A stretch of 64,000 bases of DNA, taken from positions 124,001-188,000 of the IMG/VR virus record IMGVR_UViG_3300025121_000011; one strand, written 5' to 3'. A program made the position numbers and the translations under genes. The notes under the pieces are model-generated. The model was not told the DNA's origin and searched no databases. It was given only the letters and a program-made list of their open reading frames with translations. Shown one piece after another: positions 29,587 to 41,900 of the stretch. Positions within the stretch are counted from its first letter, which is position 1, and every line of letters starts with the position of its first letter.

Positions 29587-32500
29587 GTGGCTTTATTTAG
29601 ATCATATAGTGAAATTGTAACTTCGATGACCAATAGGCTTCGACTTACTCAACCCAATTTAGATACTAAACCAGGCACTGTGGCTTGTGATTTATTTATT
29701 GATATTCAAGCGGAACAGATTGAAAGTTTGCATAAATCATTAATGTTAGTAACGGAAAAACAATCTCCAGATAAAGCCGTTGGAAGAGATTTAGATAGGT
29801 GGGCTCTTAATTTTGGAATCATAAGAAAATCAGGAACACCGGCATCTGGGTTGGTCGTTTTTACGGTAGATGATTTAACTGTAGATATACCAATTCCTGC
29901 CGGTACAATAGTAAGTTCTAGAAATGGTATGAGTTTTAAAACCATCGGAAGCTATTTAATGTCTTCAACAGAGAAAAATAAACATGCCGCAACGGCAAAT
30001 AGGTTAAAAAAAAGCCTTAATTTAGCAGGTATAAATGATAGTTATGCGGTTGAAGTTTCTGTTGAAGCATCCAGAGCTGGAAGCTCTGGAAATATTTCAA
30101 CTTTTCAAATCATTAGCTCTAATCTTAACAGCTCAGCCAAAGTAACCAATATTGGTTCGTTTAATAGAGGATCTAATACTGAAAGTGATAATGCTTTTAA
30201 AAGTCGCATCTTTGCTGTCTTTAGTGGAGCTAATACAGGTACTGCTGCTGGATATCGAAATGCTGCATTAGGTATTAGTGGCGTATTAGATGTTTTAATT
30301 GTAGAACCTGGTAATACGTTAATGGAGCGAGATGGTACCGAAACCATTGAAATCAATGATGGAAGCTATAGAATTTTAAATTCTGGCACAGGTGGAAAAG
30401 TAGATTTATATGTTCTTGGTTCTAAATTAGAAGAAGTAGTAGAGTCTTTTGTTTTTACTGACTTTTCTGGTACTGGTGATGTTACTGATGAAAGAAACGA
30501 TATCATTCCTGGGTTACAAGGTTTAGATGAAACACTTACATCTGAAGAACGAAGAGTGCTTGCTTTTAAGACTGGAGCGGTGCCATTACAGCCGATTGAC
30601 TCCATCATATCTGTTATTGGTAGTTCATCCGGTATTCTTGCTGAAGCATCTTTAGATACAAATAAAAATGTAACAGGTAATTATAAATTAGAAAAAGATA
30701 CGAATATTGAAACTGGTGGCAGTCCATTTGGGTTTGATAAAGTTGTATTTGTTTCAAATACTAAAGATGTTATTGGTGAAACAATTATTAAAACTGATAC
30801 TAATAGTATCGATGCACTCAGATTTACTGAAATAAATGACTTGGATAATATTTATGAAGATATTCAGGTTTCTAGTGAAAACTCTACAATTTCCTCTGCA
30901 AATAGAGGTATTGTTTATTTATCTCATAAACCAATTACAAATGTAACCAGTGTGGTTAACACTACTACTGGTGAAGTGTATACTATTAAATCATCAAATA
31001 TTGATCAAACTACCGGATTAAATACTACGGGAGAGATTGAAATTACTGGCAAAACTCTTCCAACTAGTGCTGACGTTTTAAGCATAGATTATATCTGGAG
31101 ACTATTTTTTGATCGATATATTGATTATAATGGTGAAATCAGTCCATCTATTTTTATAGACGAAGATGTGGCAGACTCTATTGACTGGGGTGTTGCAAAT
31201 GGAATTACTAGAGAAGAAGCTACAGTAAGTAAAACTGATGATGGATTAGAATATCAAGTTACAACAGATTATAATATTTCCAGAGTATTATCTGTTTTTA
31301 CCGCAATACCAACTACTGCTATAGCTAGTATGATTCAAATATCAGATAGTTTAAGCGTATTGGGTTTGATTTTAGCTTCTAGTGAAGATAGCGTAGTTAA
31401 TGTTGTTTCTATTACAGATAGCGCGGGATTAGAAGTTTATAAAACTAAAAATAACGATGGAAGTTTTAGTGGACGAGAAATATACTTCTCATCTGATAGT
31501 CCAGCATTAAGTGGTTCTACATACAATGTGTTGTATAATAAAGTTGAACTTTATAGTATTGAAAATTCAGATGGTTCCTTTGCTGATAAAATTATTATTA
31601 TGCCTTCGGCAGATATCTTAGAAGGTGCAGAAGTTTTAACAACAGTGAATGACTTATATTTAACAGATGATGTTATTTATGTTGATTATGTGGCAGATAT
31701 ATCTACGCTTTTACCATCTAAATCCTTATCAGATTTGCCCGCTTCAGGTTTGGCCGGTTCTAATGCTATTGTAGATGGCACTTTTTCTATAATTGAAGAT
31801 AGCTCTCAACCTATATTTTATACTTTTGATTCTACCAATAATCCTAGCACTATTTCTAGATTTGGCCCAAGTCGATTGGCAGTAGATATTTCTGGTTCCA
31901 CTACTAGTGGGAAAATTAAACTCGCCGGTACCACTCTATCTAGAACTGAGTTTACAGTATATGCAGGAGTATCAGTTAGTGGATTAACTATTAATTTAAA
32001 TTCTGAGTTAAAAACATTTTTTAAAGTTACTTCTTTACCTTCTAGTCTTGGAATCGCTAGATTAGATAAAATAGAAGTAGTAGATACTGGTGAAGTATAT
32101 GATCTATCTGGTTATTTTATTAAAACATCTTCATATGATTTTCATTCTGCATCCAAAAATACTTCTTTGACTAATTATCAAGTTACGCTTCCTTCTACTC
32201 AAAATAATTCAAGCATCTCATTATCAAGTGGACAGCAATTAAAGATTTCATTATTACTATTTAATACCGCAGATTTTGAAGAGTTATTTTTTAGTGAGGA
32301 CGGCACAATATATACAAATAAAGTATTTGGCAGAGTAGATAAAATCTCTGTATCATCTGGATTTAGAAGTTCAGTTGGTACTTTGGTAGGTTCTATTTCT
32401 ATAGCAATGAAAAATCAACCAGAAAATAGCAATACATATTTAGTAGATTATGATTTTAAATCACCTAAAGAAGGTGAAAGAATAACGATTAGATATAATT

Positions 32501-32901
32501 TAAACAAATTAATAACTAGCGTAACTTCAGGTTTAGAAGAAGTTCGCTCTATAACTGCTGATGTATTGGTTAAAGAAGCTTTTGAATTGTTAGTCGATGT
32601 AAGTGGAGAGATTTTGGTAAATAAAGATGCAGAAAAAAGTTCCTCTACTATCAAAGAAAATGTGGAGAATGCAGTAGTAAACTTATTAAACGCCTCTGTA
32701 CTTGGTGGCACAGTTGATTATTCAGATATTATTTCAATTGCTACATCTATAAATGGAGTAGATTCTATCAATGTTTCTTTATTTAATGAAAAGGACTCTA
32801 CTGGTCGTCGTTCTTACATTAAAGCTTTAGATAATCAAACTATCACAGCAAATAATGTATCTTTTAAAGTAGTATCAAGACAAGATTTTAGGATTACATA
32901 A
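29587..32901 (+). CDS. Baseplate J-like wedge protein (P2 gpJ / T4 gp6 class), enlarged to 1104 aa
   Basis: GTG start with AGGAG SD; GRDLDRWALNFGIIRKSGTPASG, IPAGTIV, GSNTESDNAFKSRI...GTAAGY, and C-terminal IKENVENAVVNLL...VDYSDII...INGVDSINV. Confidence 0.9.
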   Translation: MALFRSYSEIVTSMTNRLRLTQPNLDTKPGTVACDLFIDIQAEQIESLHKSLMLVTEKQSPDKAVGRDLDRWALNFGIIRKSGTPASGLVVFTVDDLTVDIPIPAGTIVSSRNGMSFKTIGSYLMSSTEKNKHAATANRLKKSLNLAGINDSYAVEVSVEASRAGSSGNISTFQIISSNLNSSAKVTNIGSFNRGSNTESDNAFKSRIFAVFSGANTGTAAGYRNAALGISGVLDVLIVEPGNTLMERDGTETIEINDGSYRILNSGTGGKVDLYVLGSKLEEVVESFVFTDFSGTGDVTDERNDIIPGLQGLDETLTSEERRVLAFKTGAVPLQPIDSIISVIGSSSGILAEASLDTNKNVTGNYKLEKDTNIETGGSPFGFDKVVFVSNTKDVIGETIIKTDTNSIDALRFTEINDLDNIYEDIQVSSENSTISSANRGIVYLSHKPITNVTSVVNTTTGEVYTIKSSNIDQTTGLNTTGEIEITGKTLPTSADVLSIDYIWRLFFDRYIDYNGEISPSIFIDEDVADSIDWGVANGITREEATVSKTDDGLEYQVTTDYNISRVLSVFTAIPTTAIASMIQISDSLSVLGLILASSEDSVVNVVSITDSAGLEVYKTKNNDGSFSGREIYFSSDSPALSGSTYNVLYNKVELYSIENSDGSFADKIIIMPSADILEGAEVLTTVNDLYLTDDVIYVDYVADISTLLPSKSLSDLPASGLAGSNAIVDGTFSIIEDSSQPIFYTFDSTNNPSTISRFGPSRLAVDISGSTTSGKIKLAGTTLSRTEFTVYAGVSVSGLTINLNSELKTFFKVTSLPSSLGIARLDKIEVVDTGEVYDLSGYFIKTSSYDFHSASKNTSLTNYQVTLPSTQNNSSISLSSGQQLKISLLLFNTADFEELFFSEDGTIYTNKVFGRVDKISVSSGFRSSVGTLVGSISIAMKNQPENSNTYLVDYDFKSPKEGERITIRYNLNKLITSVTSGLEEVRSITADVLVKEAFELLVDVSGEILVNKDAEKSSSTIKENVENAVVNLLNASVLGGTVDYSDIISIATSINGVDSINVSLFNEKDSTGRRSYIKALDNQTITANNVSFKVVSRQDFRIT

Positions 32902-35900
32902 TGGCTTTAAGACCTACTGCATTTTCAATTCCATCAACCACTCAACTTAAAATTACTTTTAGTGATAACTTATCTGAACAGTTATCAAAAGAGAATTTTG
33001 AAGTTGAATCATTAAATGCAGCAATTAGTAATTTAATTATTATAAGTATTGAAATTACTAAGAATATAGTTCTTTTGACTACCAGACCTCATGTATCTGG
33101 TAACTATTATCTTTTAAAACTATTAGATACTACGGATGTAATTTTCTCTTCTGAAAAGGGTTCTAGATTATTAGATAGTCCTATATCTCGTGAGTTATTT
33201 TTTGTCGGAATTGATACAGTTAATCCCATCAGAGATAGAATGTTACAAAACATTCCCAGTTTATTTGATGTTGATAATACTACTTTGAGAAACATTATTT
33301 CAGCTCAAGCAGATGAAATGCTTCGGGCTCAAGTTGCGATTGGCCGAAATCTAAGTAATAATTATATTAGCATACCCGTTGAAGATGAAATTCGCGTTCG
33401 TGGACCTGGAGCAACAGATAGACTTGCCAATGAAAATGCATATGAAATCACAAGAGTATCTGATAATCTATCTACATCATTATCTAAATACGATAAATTA
33501 GAATATACTAGTGACAATTCTTACACGCTGTTACAGTCCATACCATTTTTCCCAATTTCTTTACAGCAAGTTTTGGTTGAGGATGAAGAAATATCATCTA
33601 ACTCTGTTGGTAATGATTTTAACGGATTTCTATTAAGTCTATCCAAATCAAATGTGATTCGAGTTTTATCTATTACTCATATTAGAAATGGTGAAACAGA
33701 AGATTGTAATGGAAACTTAGGTACAGATTATGATTTAAATATTTATAAATATTCATTGACTAATAATAAATATGACCAACTTAATGCATACTCTTTTGCT
33801 CAATTATATAGCAATCAAGTTCTTTTGTCTGAATTTAGTAATATTTCACGTCCATCTTCCTTAGATACGATTAAAATAACTTATCTATATAAAAATTTAG
33901 GAAGAGCAATAATAGAGAATTCTGTTAGTGTTTCAAAAATAATTTCCAAGATTAATGAATCTGTCCCATCCAATGCGGTGAAATTTTTCTTAGATCACGC
34001 TCCAATAGTAGATAGTGATAATGAAATCTATAGCTCCAAGGGTGGAGTAATATTTCATATTAATGAAAACTCTATAGATACACCAAATGAATTTGCTGTA
34101 GAACTTTTATTTGGTACCTCCAGGATGCCAAAATATATTGGAGAATATACTATAAATTATGAAACTGGTGAAGTTTTTGTAATTGGAACAAAAATCGGGG
34201 AAGGTACTGGATATAATAATTATGTAATGGATTATAATTATAGAAAAGAATTTACACAAGATGTTGACTTTTCTATTAGCGATCAAGATGTTGTTGCCCA
34301 TCCTAATCGAAATCTGATTGGAGCAGAAGCTGAAATAACATTTAGTTATGATAAAGTCTATGCATCTGGGTCTGATTATGCTCCTTTGTCTCATATAGAA
34401 GTTATTAATGAACAGGTCAAAAATAAACTTTCTGGTTCATTTAGCATAACAACCCAACATGCTCCAATTACAGATATTTTTAGAATATATAATCAAACTA
34501 CTGGAGAGGTATATAATCCCTTATATCATTCAGATACAGAAGTGTTTTTTTCAGGAAATAAATCTCCAGAAATTGTAGAAATAAATTCAGAAAATGCTAA
34601 ATTTAATCGTATTACAAATGAAGAGTTATCAGTAATTGGCAAATTAATTTCTCCGGCTTTTAATATCAGAATTACTTCAAATCCTTCTACAAATTTTATT
34701 GCATTTGAACCAGGAATCCCAGCTGAATTAATATCAATTAATTCAGATAATTATTTTGTTAGGACGACTAGTTCTGTAGAGGGAATAATAAGTACAGAAG
34801 ATATACAAATTAGATTTTTTGGAACGCCTGATGTTAATAATTTAATTAATTCTTTTGCCATAAGTCTTACCGCTACATTACCATCTGTAAATTCTGAAGC
34901 TATCATTGGTATTAGCACATATCAGATTTATTTAGATAATGAAGGTATAATTAATAAAAATTTAGATTCTATAGGAAATCTGGTTAATACCTCTCTTTCT
35001 TTTTCGGATGCCACTTTGTTTTTAGTAGAAAAGTATTTTACTCCAATTAATTCTGTTTCTGGAATTGATGACACTTCAGATGGAGGAATTAGTAAAGCAC
35101 TTACATCTTTAAAGACTACAGATTTTTACTCTAACTTATCTAGATTACGTAAGGTTGGGGACTATACTGTTGATTATGAAAATGGAATAATATACTTAGC
35201 TGTAGATAAAGATCAGGATATCTATTTAGGATCAGCGTCTTATTATTGTTATAATATCAAAGCACATAATGGAAATGTTTATTATGCTTCGGGTGCTGTT
35301 AAGAAAGTAAACAGTCCGGATTCTATAGAAGAAGCTAGTTTAATTTATAACGATTTACATAATGATGATGAATTTATTAAAATTCTCGATCTAGAGTCTT
35401 CTATTTCTATATGGGATGGTGTAACTGAAGCTGGTGATTTAAATGGTAATTTTCAAATTACATTAGAAGTTCTTTCGGATTACAGTGTTGTTGTTCCATA
35501 TGATATATTAACCATTTTATCTATTAATCAAGTTATTGATTTAACTGGTATTAACCTAGATGATAGTGATATCAACAATAGGATAGCAGAATCTACTCGC
35601 TCAAGTTTATTAACAACTATTTCTAATGGTGGTAAAAATTTATATGATCCAATTCGAATGAGTTTTTCAAAAAATGTTATTGATTTGAAAACATCTAAAG
35701 AACGCAGAGTTTATGCTGATAATACTGGTGATTTTACAGTTACGATTTACGATAACGCTGTGGATTCAATTTATAAAGTAACAAATGTTACCACAGAAAT
35801 TGATCTTTTTGATCATAAGTTAAATATTATTAAACTATCTGATGTTGAAATTTTAAATACAATTCAAAGTAGTCCTACGACAGGTACTGTGTATATATCA

Positions 35901-38900
35901 ATAAGTGATATCAGCAAAATCGACACTAATTCAGATTTCTTATTAGATGCATCTGGTAACAGATTTTCTATTTTAGCAATAGACTCTATTCTCTCTACGT
36001 TAACCGTTGAGAGTCCCGCTATTAACAATATTACAGCGATGCTCCCAGACTTAGATGTATCTGGTGATTATACAACTATAGTTGTAAAACCAACTATAAC
36101 TATCACTGATTCTTATTTAAAAATAGTTATACCATCAGATGCTCCAATATCTTCTGGTACCTTATTTAGAATAACATATTTAACTAATCTAATTCCAAGT
36201 GTTGGAACTGCTTTAGCAATTGATTATAGATATGGAACAATTTATATAGACTATACTTATATTAAAGATTATCTAACAGTATCTTATGAATATGGTGATA
36301 ATACCTTAGACTGGAGTATTAACGATTCAATTTCCGAAGGTGATGTATATTATGTTTCTTATAACTATGGTGCGGGTAGAGAGGCTTTGCAAGCCAATTT
36401 TGGAAGTTTAACAAATATTCCATTCTTTGAGAATTTTCCTTTATCTGTTGATCGAGAACTTTATAGAAGTGCTATTTCTGGCATTTTACAAACTTTCCCA
36501 AAAGGGCCTACAATTCCGGCTTTTAAAAGTTTGGTAAAATCCTTCACAGATATGAATCCAAATATTGATGAATTAACTTTTGGCAGGTGGATTTTAGGTA
36601 GAGATTACCTACATGTAACTAAACCAGAATTTACGGGATCTTTAGAGTTTAGAGATGGTAGGTTTGATGATGGATTATTATTCCAACCAGACACTACAGT
36701 GAATATACCTACAATATCTAGCTTATCATTACAAGAAGGAACTCTTGAGGGATGGGTCCGTCCTTCTTGGTCTGGCATTGATAATGATGCAGATATTACT
36801 TTTGAAATAGATAACATTGGAGACCAAAAATACTTTATAGATGCTAAAGATAAGTATAAAGATAATGATTGGAAAATAATTAATATAAATAATATAGGCG
36901 GATTAGATGAAACAGGGCTAGGTTCTAGATTGTTTAATTATAATTCAGATGCAAGCGCTGCCAATGGAATATCAATAGGCCCATTTTTATTATCTAAAGA
37001 GATATCACATTATAATGTAGCAACAGATTCGACACAAAAGATAAGAATTAAAGCCACACAAGCATCTGTTAGAATTTTAGATGATATAACTCCTATCACA
37101 TTGGCTCCGGTGTATTCTGTCGCAACCTTTGGTATGCTAGATGGAATTAAATATATAGGAGCAGAACTTACTTTAAAAGAAGTCTTTACAAATATTTCAT
37201 TTGCTACAGGATCTTATATTGCATCAATAGATGATTTACCAGATTATGACAGGATGCATTATCTACGCTCCTGTTCTTGTTCGGTTACGAATAATATTTC
37301 TAAATTAGAAGGATTTAACTCAACATTATTAAAAATTGACCTAAATACTAGTATTAATTTATCTACATCATTAAATCAATTTGCTATAGTAAATAACTCA
37401 ATTTCTACTTTTGTGGTGATAGATAGCGTTGGAAACTGTTGGCAAGTTAAGGCTCTAGAAGATCCTTCTGGTCAGCTTTATATGAGCACTTTGATGCCAA
37501 CTGTTTTGAAGACTATATATCTTGAAAGGTTTCCTCTAAATAGACAACACGTTAGTCAAGATGGTGTAGATGCTATAAACGCTTTGGAGCCTTCCGGTAC
37601 TTTTAACCTGTATATTAAATCCGTAACAGCCTCAGCTTATAATATTGTTAATTCAATAAGTGCTTTTAACTATTTACAATTTTTTGCAATTGATTGGAGT
37701 AATTATATAGATATTACTATAATCAAGTCTTTATCCGAAAATCTAGTTTCAATCCAAGTTGGTAAACAAACTCAATCTTTGTTTTATAGTGATTTAGCTT
37801 CAACAACTGATGTATCTCTTTTTGGTTCTACACATTATCCTAATGGTGCAATTTTTGGATGTGCTCAATCAGATGTTTATACACAAGTCCAATCATATAA
37901 AAATAGAATTACTGTACATAATAGATATAGTTTAAGCGACATTCACATTGGACATGACGGATATAATCCAATTAGTATGCCATTTACTATTAATCGAGAA
38001 GATTCACCTAATTATGCAATTGGATTGCCTCCAACAATCGATACAGAGGATGGAATCTTTATCGGATATGATGAATTATGCAAATCACCTTTATCAGATC
38101 AGACTGGGCAATGGGTATTTCGAACCAGATCTACCAGAGGCATAAGCATTCCAGAGAGCGTAACTTTTATTGGAAATACTTATACCAGTAATTATACTGT
38201 TTATGAAATAGATCATATATTCTCTGGTGTTATTACTACTGATGGTGCTTTTTCCTCTGTGGTTAGAGCCTCTAGAGATGATATTGGTGGATGCTTAAAT
38301 AGTCCAGAATGTAGTGCATCTTTTAGATATTGTGGCGGAGAATTGCTAGAAGCTTCGGGTTGGGTTAATTTAGAAGAAACAGGCTCAACTCTAATAAATA
38401 CCATTCTGACTGGCGCTGGTACCTTCTATGAACCATGGAGTAAAATCGGAAACTTTAGTACCACAGAGAGCGATGGCATTTATAGAATGATTTCCGGCTC
38501 AGAAGATGAATGTCGAGATGAAGTAGGCAATTATTTATTTACTAAATTACCATGTGGCAATAATATAGAATATATCACTTCTGTAAGAGTTATAGATATT
38601 GATCTTGGTGTTATAACTTATGGAGTTGGTGAATTTTTTGGAGCAGTTTCCGGTAATTTAGTAGGCATAACTCCACTACATATTTCTTTTTCTTATGCAG
38701 ATATTAAAATTACATTAGCGCTTACCAATAGTCTAGAACCTTTAATAGTCTTATATGATAACTATGACAATAATATCATAAACTATGTCTCATTTAATTG
38801 GAATGACAATCTATATCATGAATATAAGATTATTATTTTAGAATCTACTCAAATATTAAGATTATATGTCGATAATCTTCTTTTATCACAAATATCATTA

Positions 38901-41900
38901 GCTGAATTTATAACTCCCATTATCAATACAGAATCTTATTTAGCCATTCATGTTTTAGACGGAGGGGTGGTTTCTGTAGATGATTTTATATCTAATGGAT
39001 TAAGTAATACTATTGATGTTGATTTAATTGAATACACTGGATCAAGTTATAATGGAAATATTCAATTAGAAGATACTGATATCTTTATACATACTGAATC
39101 TAAAATAGAATTTGAATTTCATATAGATCAATTAGATGGCTATGATGCATACGACGCATATGATGCTTATGACGGATATATTACTCCTGTAGTTGGAATT
39201 GATGAAATATTGGTTTCTGCTGATCGAGCCAAATATTTTATAGATTCGGCTTTGGATGATAATTTTGGGCGAATATCTGTTTTCAATGATGGAAAAGGAT
39301 TTCTAAATTTTAGAATATATGACGAATCCTTATCATTAGGAAAAGAAGTTGGTATGTATAATTTAGCTACCAATATTAAAGATTGGATTGCTGGAGAATC
39401 ACATCATATCGCAATAAGTTGGAAACTCAACTCTATTGATGATAAAGATGAAATGCATTTATTTATTGATGGTATAGAATCACCAAATATTTATAAGTTT
39501 GGTGGAGTTATTCCTCTAAAAGTTAATGCAAAGTTTTCTGATGTTAGCCAAGAATCTTTACATAGTTTTTTAACACATGATGTTGATTTTTGCAATACTT
39601 ATACAAATGGAATTATAAACGCCGGTTCTGCAAGTTTTTCATCTGTAGATTTAATCTTTACCGATGAAATGATTGGCCGAAGCATTCTATTTACTGGTGG
39701 AACAAATATTTCTAGTTTATTAAATAAAGAATATATTATAAAAAGTGTTACAAGTGGTGTTGTTACCTTTGGTAGGGGAAGCGGTTTAGAGACAATTATT
39801 TTTTCTGCATCTGCTTCGGATATAGAATTCAAATTTCCACCTACCGCTGGTATTAATTCTTCAATACTTACAGATCTTAGAAACTCTAAGTTTACTATTT
39901 ATCGAACATTATCAGATGGTTCAATCCAGGAGCTAGGCGGAATATTATATGAGGTCAACGGCGGTATAATAGATATTATTAGTGGTTCTAATATCGAAGA
40001 TCCAAAGTATCGAGCCAATCTTTCTACAAGATTAATAGAATTTATTGGCCTCAATTCTAATTGTGATACAATTGCTACTGTATTAATGAGTGATGTTGAT
40101 ATTCATATAGAAACTATGGGATTAAATCTTCAAAGATATAGAGATGTTGTAGACTTGTCCGCATCTTCTTATATAACGGATGATTCTCCATACGATGGAA
40201 CCAGTATTTTAAAACTTTATAATATTGAACCATTATCCCTATCTGATGTAGAGATAAGAAGAATAATTCTAGATAGAATGGTAATAGATATTGGAGATAT
40301 TCAATCAAGAGTAGATGGAAATTATTTAGCATCCTTTAGTATAACTTTAGATACTACTAGCAATAAGGTGTCTTCTGCGGCTGGACGCATAAATAAACAG
40401 AATTTAGGTAGAGTTGTTAAATTGTGGTTTGAATCTGATAACGTAGTATTTTGCGAAACAGATGGTTATGATGGTTATGCGATGGAAAACGCAATTACTA
40501 TTTATGGAATTACGACTGATGGTACAGATGAAGAAACTTTCAGTATTTATAAAAATGGTTATTTTAGTGGTACAAAATTTTTTACTACCATATCTAAAAT
40601 AGATGGCGCAATGATAATCGCAGATCCCAATTATTTTGAATTGGGGGTAGTTTCTATAAAAGAAGATGATTTAATTACAGTTTCTAATAATAATGGTGAT
40701 TATGCCGAAATTATAAGTTATCAAAATGGTACACTTACATTAAGTACCGCAGGATCAAATAATAGTTTTCCATTTGAATTACACAAAGGAAGATATGAGG
40801 TTGAATATCCATCTTATTTACATATATCAGTTCCAGATTTAGGTAAAAAACTTTATATTGGTTCTAATTATAATGGAGAAAAAAGTTGGAATGGTGTAAT
40901 AGATGAGTTTAGAATTATTTCAGAGATGTCTAATGACACTAGAACTTATGAAAGTGAAACGTCAGGTACACGCAGTATTACTAGAGACTATCATAGTAGT
41001 AATGCTTTTTGCACAGATTCTCAAACTTTAGCCTTAATTCATTTTGACAATCCAATAGATAAACAAAACCGTCGTCTAAGAAATAAAGAATTTTTAGATG
41101 AATATAACAATATTAAATTTAAACTCTCAGTTGCACAAAGAGAAGAGTTGTTAGCTTTAATTAGTGATAGTGCTAATTTTATATCTGCTATGATCAAAAT
41201 GGGATTTAACCAGGACCAAGCAGAATCCACATATTATGAAACTTTATATGCAGAAAATGGTCCTATTATAAATGAGGCTGAATATTATAACAATTTTAAT
41301 GAAACACAGATTAGTTATGAAAGTGTAAATGATACTTTTGGAAAGTCTGGTTATTTTAGATCTGATTCTGGATTGTTATATAATAATGATCTTGGATATT
41401 TTAGAGCACAAGAGGGAACAATTGAGTTTTGGACTAGTCCGGTCTTAGATACAAAAGTAGATACAGAGCGCAGATATTATGTTGATATTGCAGATATTAA
41501 ACGCGAACGTATTATGTCTAAATCTTCAAATATAATCGAACTTAATAATGCAGCAAGTGAAATACTTAGTGTAAAATTATTAACATCTGCTGCAAGATTC
41601 GAAAGTTATTATACAGACTCTGAATTAGATACAATTTTATTTGATGAAGTTTCCAGAAATAAAATAAGTGGATTATTATCTGGTGGATCTAGTGTTGATA
41701 AGGATTTTATGACGGGCGGGAAGTTATCTGCCAATGGGTTAACCATCACTCTCGCGCAAGCTTTACCAGGAGTCAATATTGATATGATTGTTACTTATAT
41801 TCCAATAGATTCTTCTGGGGATAGAGTATCAGTTTTTAAAGATGAATATAGTCAAATTGTTTTTAGCATCACTGCTGATGGAGTTGATAATGTTGTTACA

